Positions 45,102-54,327 of a stretch of 64,000 nucleotides of DNA are shown here, piece by piece. Positions within the stretch are counted from its first letter, which is position 1. Every line of letters starts with the position of its first letter. The notes under the pieces were generated by a model. It saw only the letters and a list, made by a program, of their open reading frames with translations, did no database searches and was not told the DNA's origin. The DNA comes from a virus: the IMG/VR virus record IMGVR_UViG_3300031857_000076, positions 27,626 to 91,625 of that record; one strand, written 5' to 3'. The translations under genes and the position numbers were made by a program.

Positions 45102-47657
45102 ATGATCGAAAACTTTCAAAAATACGAGCAACCAACACTCCCTGGAGTTAAGCTTCCTCAAATCATTATCGAGCAAAAGTATTATGATGCTTTGGGTATT
45201 CCAAACACATCATCAAATTATCAATTTCTTCGCAAGCTTTGTCATAAAGGAGTCTTGGAAAAAGGTATTGACAAAAAAGACAACTCACAAGTGTATTATG
45301 AGCGCGTCAAAACAGAACTGAGTTTGTTTGAAGAGCTTGGGTTTATTGACTATGTTTTGTTGAATTGGGACATCTTGAAATTTTGTCATGAGAATGGAAT
45401 TCCAACTGGTCCTGGCCGTGGTTCAGCAGCAGGTTCTCTAGTGTTATATTTGATTGGAGTCACGAAGGTTGACCCGATTCAGTATGAGTTGTATTTTGAG
45501 CGATTTGTTTCCAAGAGCCGCGCCAAGAAGATTGTGGTTAACGGAGAAACTTATTTGGACGGTTCTCTCTTGGCAGACGTTGACAATGACATTGCTTATG
45601 AACGCCGCCAAGAAGTGATCAAATTTATTGAAGAGAAATACTCTGGCAAAACATGTAAAATTCTTACGCTCAATACTTTGAGCAGCAAGCTTTGCGTGAA
45701 AGAATGTGGAAAGCTTGTTGGAGAACTGCCAGAATCAGCAGTTAATGAAATCAGCGACTTGATTCCAAAGAAGTTTGGCAAAGTAGCTTCTCTCAAGAAC
45801 GCTTGTGAAGAAAGTGATAAGTTCAAAGAGTGGGCATCTGATAATAAAAAAATCTTTGAAATTGCTTTGAAGCTGGAAGGCTTGATTAAGAATACAGGAG
45901 TTCACCCATCTGGCATTGCAATCAGCCATTACAACTTGGAAGAGATTATGCCACTGCAAACAACTGGCGATGGCGACTTGGTTTCTGGTTATGACATGAA
46001 TGATGTTGCAAGTTTGTGTGTGAAGTTTGATATTCTTGGCTTGCGAACACTTTCAGTGATTCATGATGTTTGTAAGCAGATTGGTTTTGACATTACAACC
46101 TTGGATTTGCAAAGCAGGGAAATCTATGATCATCTTCAAAACCTGCAAACTCCGCAGGGACTCTTTCAAATCGAAGCTGATACAAACTTTAAAGTTGCAC
46201 AAAAGGTTCGACCAAAGAGCCTTGAAGAGCTTTCTGCTGTGGTGGCTATTGCACGCCCTGGAGCCTTGGACTTCTTAGACCGATATGCGCAATATGTTAA
46301 TACTGGCGACTTCCAAAGCGTTCATCCTTTCTTTGATGATATTCTGCAATACACTGGCGGTATTCCATTGTATCAAGAACAGTTGATGCGAATGGCTGTA
46401 AAGGTTGGTTTCACCTTGGATGAATCTGAACAGCTTAGAAGAATCGTGGGTAAGAAGAAGGTTGATCAAATGTCTTCTTGGCAAGACAAGATCAAGGAGA
46501 AAATTCAGCAAAACAATCTCGACCCTGTTATTGGAGAAGTGTTATGGAAGGTCGCAGAAGACTCGGCAAACTATTCGTTTAATAAATCTCACTCCATCTC
46601 TTATGCTATTCTTGCTGCTTGGACACTATATCTCAAATTCAAACATCCTCAAAATTTCTTTTTGAGCTTGCTGAAAATGACTCAGTTTGAGCCAGACTCC
46701 TATGCAGAAATCAACAAGATCACTCAAGAGCTTCCATATTTTGATATGAAGCTTCTAGCTCCAGACCTTACAAAATCCAAGGCTGATTTCACTATTGAGA
46801 AAAAAGATATTCGATACGGGCTGAACAGTATCAAGGGCATTTCTGACAATACCATGTCAGCTTTGATGGAGTTTTGCAATGCTGAACTCAAGAACAAATA
46901 TGATGTTTTTACAGTGGCAAAGCAAGTGGGATTGAATATTGGTGCTCTTTCCGCCCTTATTCAAGCTGGAGCCTTAAATAGCTTTTCAGAAGATCGTTGC
47001 CGCATGGTTCTTGAAGCTCAATCGTTCAATATTCTCACAGATAGGGAAAAGCGACTTTTCTGCTCTTTGGGCGAAAAATACAACTACGATATTCTAAAAA
47101 CCGTTCACGATTGCGTTAAAAACAAACAAGTTGGTGACGATAACAAAGTCATCATGAGTGACAAGAGATTCCAAACATTCAAACAAAAATATGCAGGGTA
47201 TCGAGAAATCTACGATAAGAACTCAAAATATCCCAAATTCGCAAACTGGTATTTTGAAACCAAACTGCTTGGATATTCTTATTCACAAATTATTAAAAAT
47301 ATTTTTTCAGAGCAAAGTTCAGAGAGATATGTTAACTGCATGACATTCAACTCGCTTGACATGAACGAGAATGTGCGTATGGTTGGCGTTGTCAAAGACT
47401 GCTATCGCAAAAAAAGTGCAAATGGAAACAAATACGCAAAACTCGAAATCGCTGACGAAAGCGGCAAAATCAAAGCAATGCTGCTCGATACTAATCAAAA
47501 AGCGCGGCTCACCGAATATCTCGAAAATGGCAATAAATTACCCAAAGAAGAAAACATCATAATTGTTACTGGCAAGAAGGGCGAAGACATTTTATTCGTA
47601 GATAAACTTGCCATTTTGGACGAGAAAATTTATATGAAACTATCAGAAATCAAATAG
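45102..47657 (+). CDS. dnaE: DNA polymerase III alpha, catalytic part without PHP
   Basis: GPGRGSAAGSLV.Y, FERF, DVDND, GVHPSG, KFDILGL, YQEQ, YSFNKSH, GLNSIKG, OB-fold. Confidence 0.95.
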   Translation: MIENFQKYEQPTLPGVKLPQIIIEQKYYDALGIPNTSSNYQFLRKLCHKGVLEKGIDKKDNSQVYYERVKTELSLFEELGFIDYVLLNWDILKFCHENGIPTGPGRGSAAGSLVLYLIGVTKVDPIQYELYFERFVSKSRAKKIVVNGETYLDGSLLADVDNDIAYERRQEVIKFIEEKYSGKTCKILTLNTLSSKLCVKECGKLVGELPESAVNEISDLIPKKFGKVASLKNACEESDKFKEWASDNKKIFEIALKLEGLIKNTGVHPSGIAISHYNLEEIMPLQTTGDGDLVSGYDMNDVASLCVKFDILGLRTLSVIHDVCKQIGFDITTLDLQSREIYDHLQNLQTPQGLFQIEADTNFKVAQKVRPKSLEELSAVVAIARPGALDFLDRYAQYVNTGDFQSVHPFFDDILQYTGGIPLYQEQLMRMAVKVGFTLDESEQLRRIVGKKKVDQMSSWQDKIKEKIQQNNLDPVIGEVLWKVAEDSANYSFNKSHSISYAILAAWTLYLKFKHPQNFFLSLLKMTQFEPDSYAEINKITQELPYFDMKLLAPDLTKSKADFTIEKKDIRYGLNSIKGISDNTMSALMEFCNAELKNKYDVFTVAKQVGLNIGALSALIQAGALNSFSEDRCRMVLEAQSFNILTDREKRLFCSLGEKYNYDILKTVHDCVKNKQVGDDNKVIMSDKRFQTFKQKYAGYREIYDKNSKYPKFANWYFETKLLGYSYSQIIKNIFSEQSSERYVNCMTFNSLDMNENVRMVGVVKDCYRKKSANGNKYAKLEIADESGKIKAMLLDTNQKARLTEYLENGNKLPKEENIIIVTGKKGEDILFVDKLAILDEKIYMKLSEIK

Positions 47658-47672
47658 TGTAAAAACATGAGG

Positions 47673-50054
47673 ATGAAAAACTTCAACTTGACTCCGCGAG
47701 TCAAAAAAGCTCTGGAACAAGCTCAGGAACTAGCAAGGTCTTTGGGGCATGAAAGAATTAACTGCGCCCATGTGTTTAAAACGATTGTTGAGCTTGATTA
47801 TCCATTGTTTCGCACGGTTTTCAGACCATTCATGGTAAATCAGTACAATTTGGCTGATAAAATTATTCCGTTTGTTGAAGAGAATCATCCAGCTTTTTTT
47901 AAAAAGAAAACTAATCAAAAGGCTTGGCACAACGAAATTGAGGAAATTCTTAAATTTGCGAACGAGACAAGCGCCCAATTAAATCAAGAATATGTTGGCG
48001 TTGAGCATGTTTTATATGCTTTAATTATGACATCCCCAACTGTGAGGGGATTTCTAGAGCATAGCAAGTTTCCCATAGATGACTTTGCTGAACTTCTTAT
48101 TAGCCATTTGGACCCAAATTCTGTTAAAAAGAAACCAGAAAAAGTTCCAGAGATTGAAGAAGAGAATGTGGAAAAGCAAACCTACATTAAAAAGTATTGC
48201 ACCAACCTAACTGAACTTGCTTTGCAGAATAAGTTGAACAATGTATATGGGAGAGAAACTGAAATCGCCACTCTTGCTGAAACTATTCTTCGTAAAACAA
48301 AGAACAACATTATTTTGATTGGAGATCCTGGCGTTGGCAAAACAGCTATTGTTGAAGGACTAGCTTATAAAATCATGGTGGACGAAACAACCGCATTGCT
48401 TAAAAATAAAATTGTTGTGTCTTTGAACATGGCATCCATGATTGCAGGTACAAAATATCGCGGTCAATTTGAACAGCGATTCCAAGGCTTGCTCGATGAA
48501 CTCAAAAAGAATAATAACTATATTGTTTTTATTGATGAGATTCACACCATGATTGGCGCTGGAAACGGCGAAGGCGCTCTTGATGTGGCAAACATGCTGA
48601 AACCTGCCCTAGCTCGCGGAGAAATCACTTGTATTGGCGCTACAACCCATGCTGAATACAAGAAGCTGTTTGAGAAGGATGGTGCTTTAAAACGCAGATT
48701 TGAAGCTATTACAATCGAAGAGCCAAATAACGAGCAAACAAAAAAGATATTAATGTCTTCTAAAGCTCAATTTGAGCAGTTTCATGGAGTCACTTACTCC
48801 GAACAAATCATTGAAGATATAATCTTCTTGTGCGAAAAGTATATCCCATACCGCAAATTTCCCGACAAGGCTTTTGACATTATTGATTTACTTGGTTCTA
48901 AAGTTAAAATATCCAATTTTGTCATTCCAAAGAAGATTAAAAATCTTGAAACTAAAATTAAAAAGAACCTTGAAAAGATTAATGACCCAAAGCATTCTGG
49001 CGAGTGCGAGAAGATGATTGAAGAATTTGGGCTAAAGCTTGTAGAATGGGCCGAAAAAGGACGCAAGTTTGTACCAATCTCAACAGAGAATCTGATTGAT
49101 GTTTTTGCTGAAAAGCTAAGTATCAGTAAAAATAAAATTATTTTCGCGAATAATCTACAAAACGAAAACATTTTAGAGATTTTGAAAAACGATGTTTATG
49201 GTCAAGATGAAGGTTTGGAGAAAATTGCCAATATTCTTATCTGCTCAAAGGCTGGACTAAAGCCCAAAAACAAACCAATGGGTAAGTTTTTATTTGTTGG
49301 GCCTACTGGCGTGGGCAAAACTTGGACAGCTAAACTCTTGGCTGAAAAGTTCTTTGGCAATGAAAAAGCCTTGCTAAAGCTTGACATGAGTGAATACCAA
49401 GAGTCTAGTTCAATCAATAAATTAATTGGTTCGGCAATTGGTTATATAAAATGCGAGGAAGGCGGCGTTTTAACTGAATTCGTGCGCAATCGCCCTAATA
49501 GTGTGATTCTTTTTGATGAAATTGAAAAGGCCCATAGAGACATCAATAATTTGTTCTTGCAAATCATGGATGATGGCTATTTGACTGATAATTTGGGTAG
49601 AAAAATAGACTTCTCTAATTCTATCATCATTCTCACCAGCAATCTAGGACATGAACAAGTTGCCAAGCCATCAATGGGTTTCCTTCCAGCAGAAGACAGT
49701 CAAGATTCGAAATATAAAAAATCAATTGAGAACTTCTTTAGGCCAGAATTCTTGGCTCGACTAGATGATGTAATTGTATTTAACAAAATCTCTAAAAACG
49801 AATTCTGCAAAATCTTTGACCGCATGATCGAGAAAACAAATGAAATGCTCAAGCAAAATAATAAAACTATTGAGATTTCAGAAGAAACCAAAGATTTCTT
49901 GTTAAAGAAAATCGAGGAAAATGGCAACAATGCTCGCTCAATTCAAAAAGTCTATCGCCAGTATTTTGAAATTCCCTTGGCTAAGTTTATGCTAAAGGAT
50001 TCTAAATCAGAAATTCATGCTAAATTTATTGACTCTACGGTAATGTTTGAATAA
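47673..50054 (+). CDS. ClpC/ClpA-like AAA+ ATPase
   Basis: Clp-N repeats, GDPGVGKT, KYRGQFE, FIDEIH, PDKAFD, GPTGVGKT, DEIEKAH, SMGF loop; start 47667 or 47673. Confidence 0.92.
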   Translation: MKNFNLTPRVKKALEQAQELARSLGHERINCAHVFKTIVELDYPLFRTVFRPFMVNQYNLADKIIPFVEENHPAFFKKKTNQKAWHNEIEEILKFANETSAQLNQEYVGVEHVLYALIMTSPTVRGFLEHSKFPIDDFAELLISHLDPNSVKKKPEKVPEIEEENVEKQTYIKKYCTNLTELALQNKLNNVYGRETEIATLAETILRKTKNNIILIGDPGVGKTAIVEGLAYKIMVDETTALLKNKIVVSLNMASMIAGTKYRGQFEQRFQGLLDELKKNNNYIVFIDEIHTMIGAGNGEGALDVANMLKPALARGEITCIGATTHAEYKKLFEKDGALKRRFEAITIEEPNNEQTKKILMSSKAQFEQFHGVTYSEQIIEDIIFLCEKYIPYRKFPDKAFDIIDLLGSKVKISNFVIPKKIKNLETKIKKNLEKINDPKHSGECEKMIEEFGLKLVEWAEKGRKFVPISTENLIDVFAEKLSISKNKIIFANNLQNENILEILKNDVYGQDEGLEKIANILICSKAGLKPKNKPMGKFLFVGPTGVGKTWTAKLLAEKFFGNEKALLKLDMSEYQESSSINKLIGSAIGYIKCEEGGVLTEFVRNRPNSVILFDEIEKAHRDINNLFLQIMDDGYLTDNLGRKIDFSNSIIILTSNLGHEQVAKPSMGFLPAEDSQDSKYKKSIENFFRPEFLARLDDVIVFNKISKNEFCKIFDRMIEKTNEMLKQNNKTIEISEETKDFLLKKIEENGNNARSIQKVYRQYFEIPLAKFMLKDSKSEIHAKFIDSTVMFE

Positions 50055-50075
50055 AGAATGCGTATAAACTGTGCA

Positions 50076-50291
50076 ATGAATACAAGAATTAATAAAATTA
50101 TCAGCGCAATGCGTTCTAGCCGTGGCCGTTTTTTCGGTCTAACTACCACTCAAGGTCAGTCCGTGAATGGTCGTTTTGTATCAGAAACACCAAACTATGT
50201 TCGTGTTTATGACCGCAATCGGGACGAAAACCTTACTCTTGCCAAGACCAGTCTAGCTGGCTACCGTCAAGGTAAGAAGGTTATCGCCTAA
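50076..50291 (+). CDS. small basic hypothetical protein
   Basis: Followed by a terminator; start 50058 or 50076. Confidence 0.65.
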   Translation: MNTRINKIISAMRSSRGRFFGLTTTQGQSVNGRFVSETPNYVRVYDRNRDENLTLAKTSLAGYRQGKKVIA

Positions 50292-50309
50292 TCCGATTAG
50301 CACCATCTT

Positions 50310-50341
50310 AGAAACCCGTCGAATTCGACGGGTTTCTTTTT
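50310..50341 (+). terminator. intrinsic terminator, perfect 28-bp palindrome
   Basis: AGAAACCCGTCGAA|TTCGACGGGTTTCT followed by T tract. Confidence 0.85.
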
Positions 50342-50350
50342 ATTATAGAT

Positions 50351-51400
50351 ATGCCAAGAGTCACAAACCTTTTCCAAGAAAAAGTTTACGTCTTTTCTCG
50401 TCAACAAGAAGTATATGAGAACGAAAAAGTTTTAATAGAAAAACTCTGCGATGAGAAGGAGCTTGGTCGCGTTATTAAAATAGATTTTATTGACGCTAAT
50501 ACTAATAATGACATTTTTTTAGTAAAAACAGCCGTTGGCGAAGTTTGCATAAAGCTTTCTTTGGATGCGGGTTCATCAAATCTAAAGAAGGAATTTGATA
50601 TTTTACAAAAAAACATTCGCAAAAAGGTATCGGCATATCCAATCGCTTATGGCATAGATAACTCTGTTGAGTATTCTATTACTGGATTTTTGCCAATGCC
50701 TAACATTGCAAGTGCTGGCATTGCTTCAATTGTGGAACAAGACTATGCTGTTCCCTTTTTTCTCAAACAGTTATCAGAGTTTGAAGCAGTTGAAGAACTG
50801 CCATCAGTTTCAGATTACTTGGATGGCTATCTAAACTTTGATATTTTTAAAGTTCCAGATGCCGAAATTGATTGGCTCAAAAACCATTCAAAACTCAGAA
50901 AGCTTCTTTCGGAAGAGATTTTGTATATTCAAAATATCCTTAAAAACAAAAAATCTTTGATTGATTCATCTGCTGGTCAGCTTTGTCATGGCAATTTGAA
51001 TCAATCAACCATGTTGATTTTGAGTGACTATGTTCACGCAATTAATTGGGAAAATGCCTACAAAGGCGATCTTCTTTTGGATATTTTATCGCTTAGATAT
51101 GAGTTTTTCTTTTCAGAAGCCTTTGAAGACCAAATGATTCAAAAATATGTTGAGTTTTCCAAGCAAAAAATTGACGAAGGTTATTTAAGAAAAATGAAAA
51201 ACTTTGCTGGATACTTTAATTTGCTTAAAATCATGGTAGAATACTTAAAGGAAGTTTATGTTTTAAAAGCTTACAAAAAGAACAAGGTTTTGAATTGCGC
51301 CATCAAATTTAGTAAAAACTATGATACCTTTTATCAACTACCGAGTTTTGACAAAAAACTAAAACCCATAGCTGAATTTTTCGTAGAAAGTGTAATTTAA
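50351..51400 (+). CDS. APH/choline-kinase-fold protein, probable pseudokinase
   Basis: CIKL, KKEFDIL, LCHGNL, AINWENA.KGD...D; both catalytic Asp replaced by Asn. Confidence 0.7.
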   Translation: MPRVTNLFQEKVYVFSRQQEVYENEKVLIEKLCDEKELGRVIKIDFIDANTNNDIFLVKTAVGEVCIKLSLDAGSSNLKKEFDILQKNIRKKVSAYPIAYGIDNSVEYSITGFLPMPNIASAGIASIVEQDYAVPFFLKQLSEFEAVEELPSVSDYLDGYLNFDIFKVPDAEIDWLKNHSKLRKLLSEEILYIQNILKNKKSLIDSSAGQLCHGNLNQSTMLILSDYVHAINWENAYKGDLLLDILSLRYEFFFSEAFEDQMIQKYVEFSKQKIDEGYLRKMKNFAGYFNLLKIMVEYLKEVYVLKAYKKNKVLNCAIKFSKNYDTFYQLPSFDKKLKPIAEFFVESVI

Positions 51401-51404
51401 TTAT

Positions 51405-51608
51405 ATGCCTTTACCAACCCCATCCAAGAAAGAGAAAGAACAAGAATTTGTTAGTCGCTGCATGGCAGACGATATGATGAACAAAGACTATAAAGATCAA
51501 AAACAAAGAGCCGCTGTATGCTATTCCCAATATCGTCGTCGCGTCAAGAACAAGGGCCAAGCCTCTTGGGATGATGTTCGTAAGGGCGATTCTCTCGGAT
51601 TAGTGTAA
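51405..51608 (+). CDS. small phage protein
   Basis: MPLP.P...E...FVSRCM...QRAAVCYSQ; GTGTAA 9 nt upstream. Confidence 0.7.
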   Translation: MPLPTPSKKEKEQEFVSRCMADDMMNKDYKDQKQRAAVCYSQYRRRVKNKGQASWDDVRKGDSLGLV

Positions 51609-51633
51609 TTATACCAAAGGTAAAAGGAAAAAT

Positions 51634-53301
51634 ATGGCAACTTACGTTCTTCAAAATTCCGCTCAACAAATTGATCAAGCTGTTACAGCAGCTTATTCTG
51701 GTCTTGTCTTAGGTGGCACAGGATTGGCTCGCACAACTGGCAATCAAACAATTAGTGGAGTTAAAACTTTTGTTGATCAGGCCGTATTTTCTAGTGGCGC
51801 TGTTTTAAACGGCTCAACACAACTCAACGGTGTTCAAGCTATCACTCCTACAGGTAATGCTGCTGTAGATTTGGGTAGCGCATCCAATAGATTTAAAACT
51901 GGCTGGTTTAGTGGAGTTTCTGGTTCTACTGGTGTTTTCCAAAATTTAACTATTTTAGGCACTTTAAATGCCACAATTCCAGCTTCAACTCTAAATAATT
52001 CTACAGGTAATAATGTTACGCTTTCTGGCACAACGAATTTAAATGCTGCCAATTTTAGTGGAAATATCAATTCTGCTGGAACAAATACTTTCAGTGGAGA
52101 TTTAAATGTTTCTGGAAATTCCATTTTTAATGGAACGATTCTCGCTACTGGAAATAAAACATTTTCTGGCTCGCTTTCTCAATCAGGCAATTCAAACTTT
52201 TTTGGGGCTTTGGGGCATTCAGGAACTCTTGTTTCAACTGGAGCTTGGAATCACACTGGAGCTTTTAACCAAACTGGAGATTCCTTTTTTAAAGGCAATG
52301 TTTCAATTGATGCTGCGAGTTCAGCATTGACCTTTTCTGGCACTGCTGCAAAGTTTAATGTTATTTCTGATTTTGGAGTTAGTGGTGTTACCAATATTAC
52401 TGGTAGTTGCAATATTAGCGGCGTGCAACATGTCATTCAAGGCAACATCACACACACTGGTAATTTTAACCATTCTGGCACAACACTATTAATTGGCGAA
52501 ACAAGAAACACTGGAAACTTTGCTGTCATTGGTGACGCTTCATTTAGTGGAAGTGCAAATTTTACAGGTCGCGCAACAATAACAAGCGGAATTAGTGCGA
52601 GCGGAAACGCCTCTGCTCCAGCCTTGGTATTAAATCGTAATCTAACAACTTCTCCCTCTGGTGGAGCAATTGAATATGGTTCTAATGGGCTGTTTTATTT
52701 CACCAATGAAATTTCTGGTGCCGCAAACAGAACAGCATTAAATCCAGTTTATTCCTATGTAGCTCCTCAACCATTCTTTGTTGGAAACGGTACTAGCGGT
52801 ACAGTCAATACGCTTCTTGGTTCTACAGGCATTTATTTAAATACTGGCACTTATCATATTTACTATAATACAAGATTAATTAAAGGCACAACTAATCGTG
52901 CAATTAATCTTGGAATTACTGGTAGCGCAGTTACTTTTACACATCGTTTTGGTCTTGCTGAAAAAAGATACTATACAAATAGTAGTAACGCAAACGGATC
53001 AAGTTTCAATATCACTGGCACTGATGCAGTTTCAGCAGTATTTGCAACAGGAACTACTGACGTAGATAGTTTAGTAATTGACACATCAAGCGTCTCAGAT
53101 ATAAGATATTTAAATAATTTCATATTTGATTGTGTTGTTACAATCACTGGAGCAACAAAAGTTAGACCATATTTGAGGTTTGTTGACAACATTACCGCCG
53201 AGGCCGTAACTGGAACGCAGTTTAATATGCGTGTAACTCAACTAACTACTGGAACTGGAGTTGGCTTGAGTTCTGCCTCTGGTCCTTGGTCTGACCTATA
53301 A
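51634..53301 (+). CDS. beta-helical fibre-like virion protein
   Basis: TGNQTISGVKTF, DLGSASNRF, 6-residue xSGN/xTGN periodicity. Confidence 0.7.
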   Translation: MATYVLQNSAQQIDQAVTAAYSGLVLGGTGLARTTGNQTISGVKTFVDQAVFSSGAVLNGSTQLNGVQAITPTGNAAVDLGSASNRFKTGWFSGVSGSTGVFQNLTILGTLNATIPASTLNNSTGNNVTLSGTTNLNAANFSGNINSAGTNTFSGDLNVSGNSIFNGTILATGNKTFSGSLSQSGNSNFFGALGHSGTLVSTGAWNHTGAFNQTGDSFFKGNVSIDAASSALTFSGTAAKFNVISDFGVSGVTNITGSCNISGVQHVIQGNITHTGNFNHSGTTLLIGETRNTGNFAVIGDASFSGSANFTGRATITSGISASGNASAPALVLNRNLTTSPSGGAIEYGSNGLFYFTNEISGAANRTALNPVYSYVAPQPFFVGNGTSGTVNTLLGSTGIYLNTGTYHIYYNTRLIKGTTNRAINLGITGSAVTFTHRFGLAEKRYYTNSSNANGSSFNITGTDAVSAVFATGTTDVDSLVIDTSSVSDIRYLNNFIFDCVVTITGATKVRPYLRFVDNITAEAVTGTQFNMRVTQLTTGTGVGLSSASGPWSDL

Positions 53302-53303
53302 TT

Positions 53304-53963
53304 ATGGCCTATCTCAATCATAATATTCCAACGATTACTTGTTTAATCCGAAACGAATATTTATTTAACCACGAAAAAGGTCACGGCGAATATACACCAG
53401 CAGATGTTCATTCTGTTGCTTCTATTGAGAAGCGTGTGCCGCTTTTTGAGGCATATTTAAATAATGGCGTGAATTGGACACGGCGACCAATCACAGCATT
53501 TTGCTGGAAACAATGCGATCCTGTGCCGCTTGAACAAGCAATGTATTGGGACTGCTTCTCTCCCTATATTGACGTTCAGGTGCGTCAAAGACTGCGTGGT
53601 TTACGCGCCAAATTAATCACTCCATCAAACACAAAAGAGTGCGGTGAATACTTGTTCACTCTTGATTGGAGTTGGGAAAATAAAAGCGTTTTAGACACTA
53701 ATTTCAGCGAAACTCCAGAGCATAAATGCGCCCACTTATTTAAAATGGATAATGGCAACTTTTACGCTTATCCTAACAACCGCATCATCTGGCACGATGA
53801 CGCATGGGTTTACAACCCAATAGATAAAAATCCAGGATATAAAATTGACTTAAATATTTATTCAGTTGAAAACAAGAGAAACAAGTTTACAGATTATAGC
53901 TACATGACTGAATTTTCCGATGCGCCAATCCATTATACAGAACCTCAAACTGCCACAATGTAA
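53304..53963 (+). CDS. hypothetical phage protein
   Basis: MAYLNHNIP...WDCFS...EHKCAH...PNNR; no function recognised. Confidence 0.7.
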   Translation: MAYLNHNIPTITCLIRNEYLFNHEKGHGEYTPADVHSVASIEKRVPLFEAYLNNGVNWTRRPITAFCWKQCDPVPLEQAMYWDCFSPYIDVQVRQRLRGLRAKLITPSNTKECGEYLFTLDWSWENKSVLDTNFSETPEHKCAHLFKMDNGNFYAYPNNRIIWHDDAWVYNPIDKNPGYKIDLNIYSVENKRNKFTDYSYMTEFSDAPIHYTEPQTATM

Positions 53964-54327
53964 GCTTGGCGTTTCAAAGATTAATGGCGCAGGAGTTGGA
54001 GTTTTTGCGCTCTCTAAGATTCCCAAAGACTATCCAATCTTCGCTCCAAGAGCAGAAAACCATTTTATTTGCTGGAGTGAAATATCTGACGTATCGGACG
54101 CTATCAAAAATTACATCCGATATATCTGTCACTCAGACAAAGACGGGTTCTTTATTGATGGTTTTTTGGATCAAATTGATTTGAGTTTTTACGTCAATCA
54201 TTCTGAAACGCCAAACTTAATTCATGACGAAAATGCAGATATTTATTTCTCCGCTAGAGAAATTAACGAAGGCGAAGAACTAACTGTTCTCTATCCAATC
54301 AATGAAAGAGATTGGTTAAACTGTTAA
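53920..54327 (+). CDS. SET-domain lysine methyltransferase-like protein
   Basis: SKINGAGVGVFA, YVNHSETPN, AREINEGEELTVLY. Confidence 0.88.
   Translation: MRQSIIQNLKLPQCKLGVSKINGAGVGVFALSKIPKDYPIFAPRAENHFICWSEISDVSDAIKNYIRYICHSDKDGFFIDGFLDQIDLSFYVNHSETPNLIHDENADIYFSAREINEGEELTVLYPINERDWLNC

Noticed and set aside
42941-47657. Split-intein trans-splicing of DnaE
   Set aside because: No intein N-terminal block at the PHP end and no HN-C/S/T junction at the start of the core
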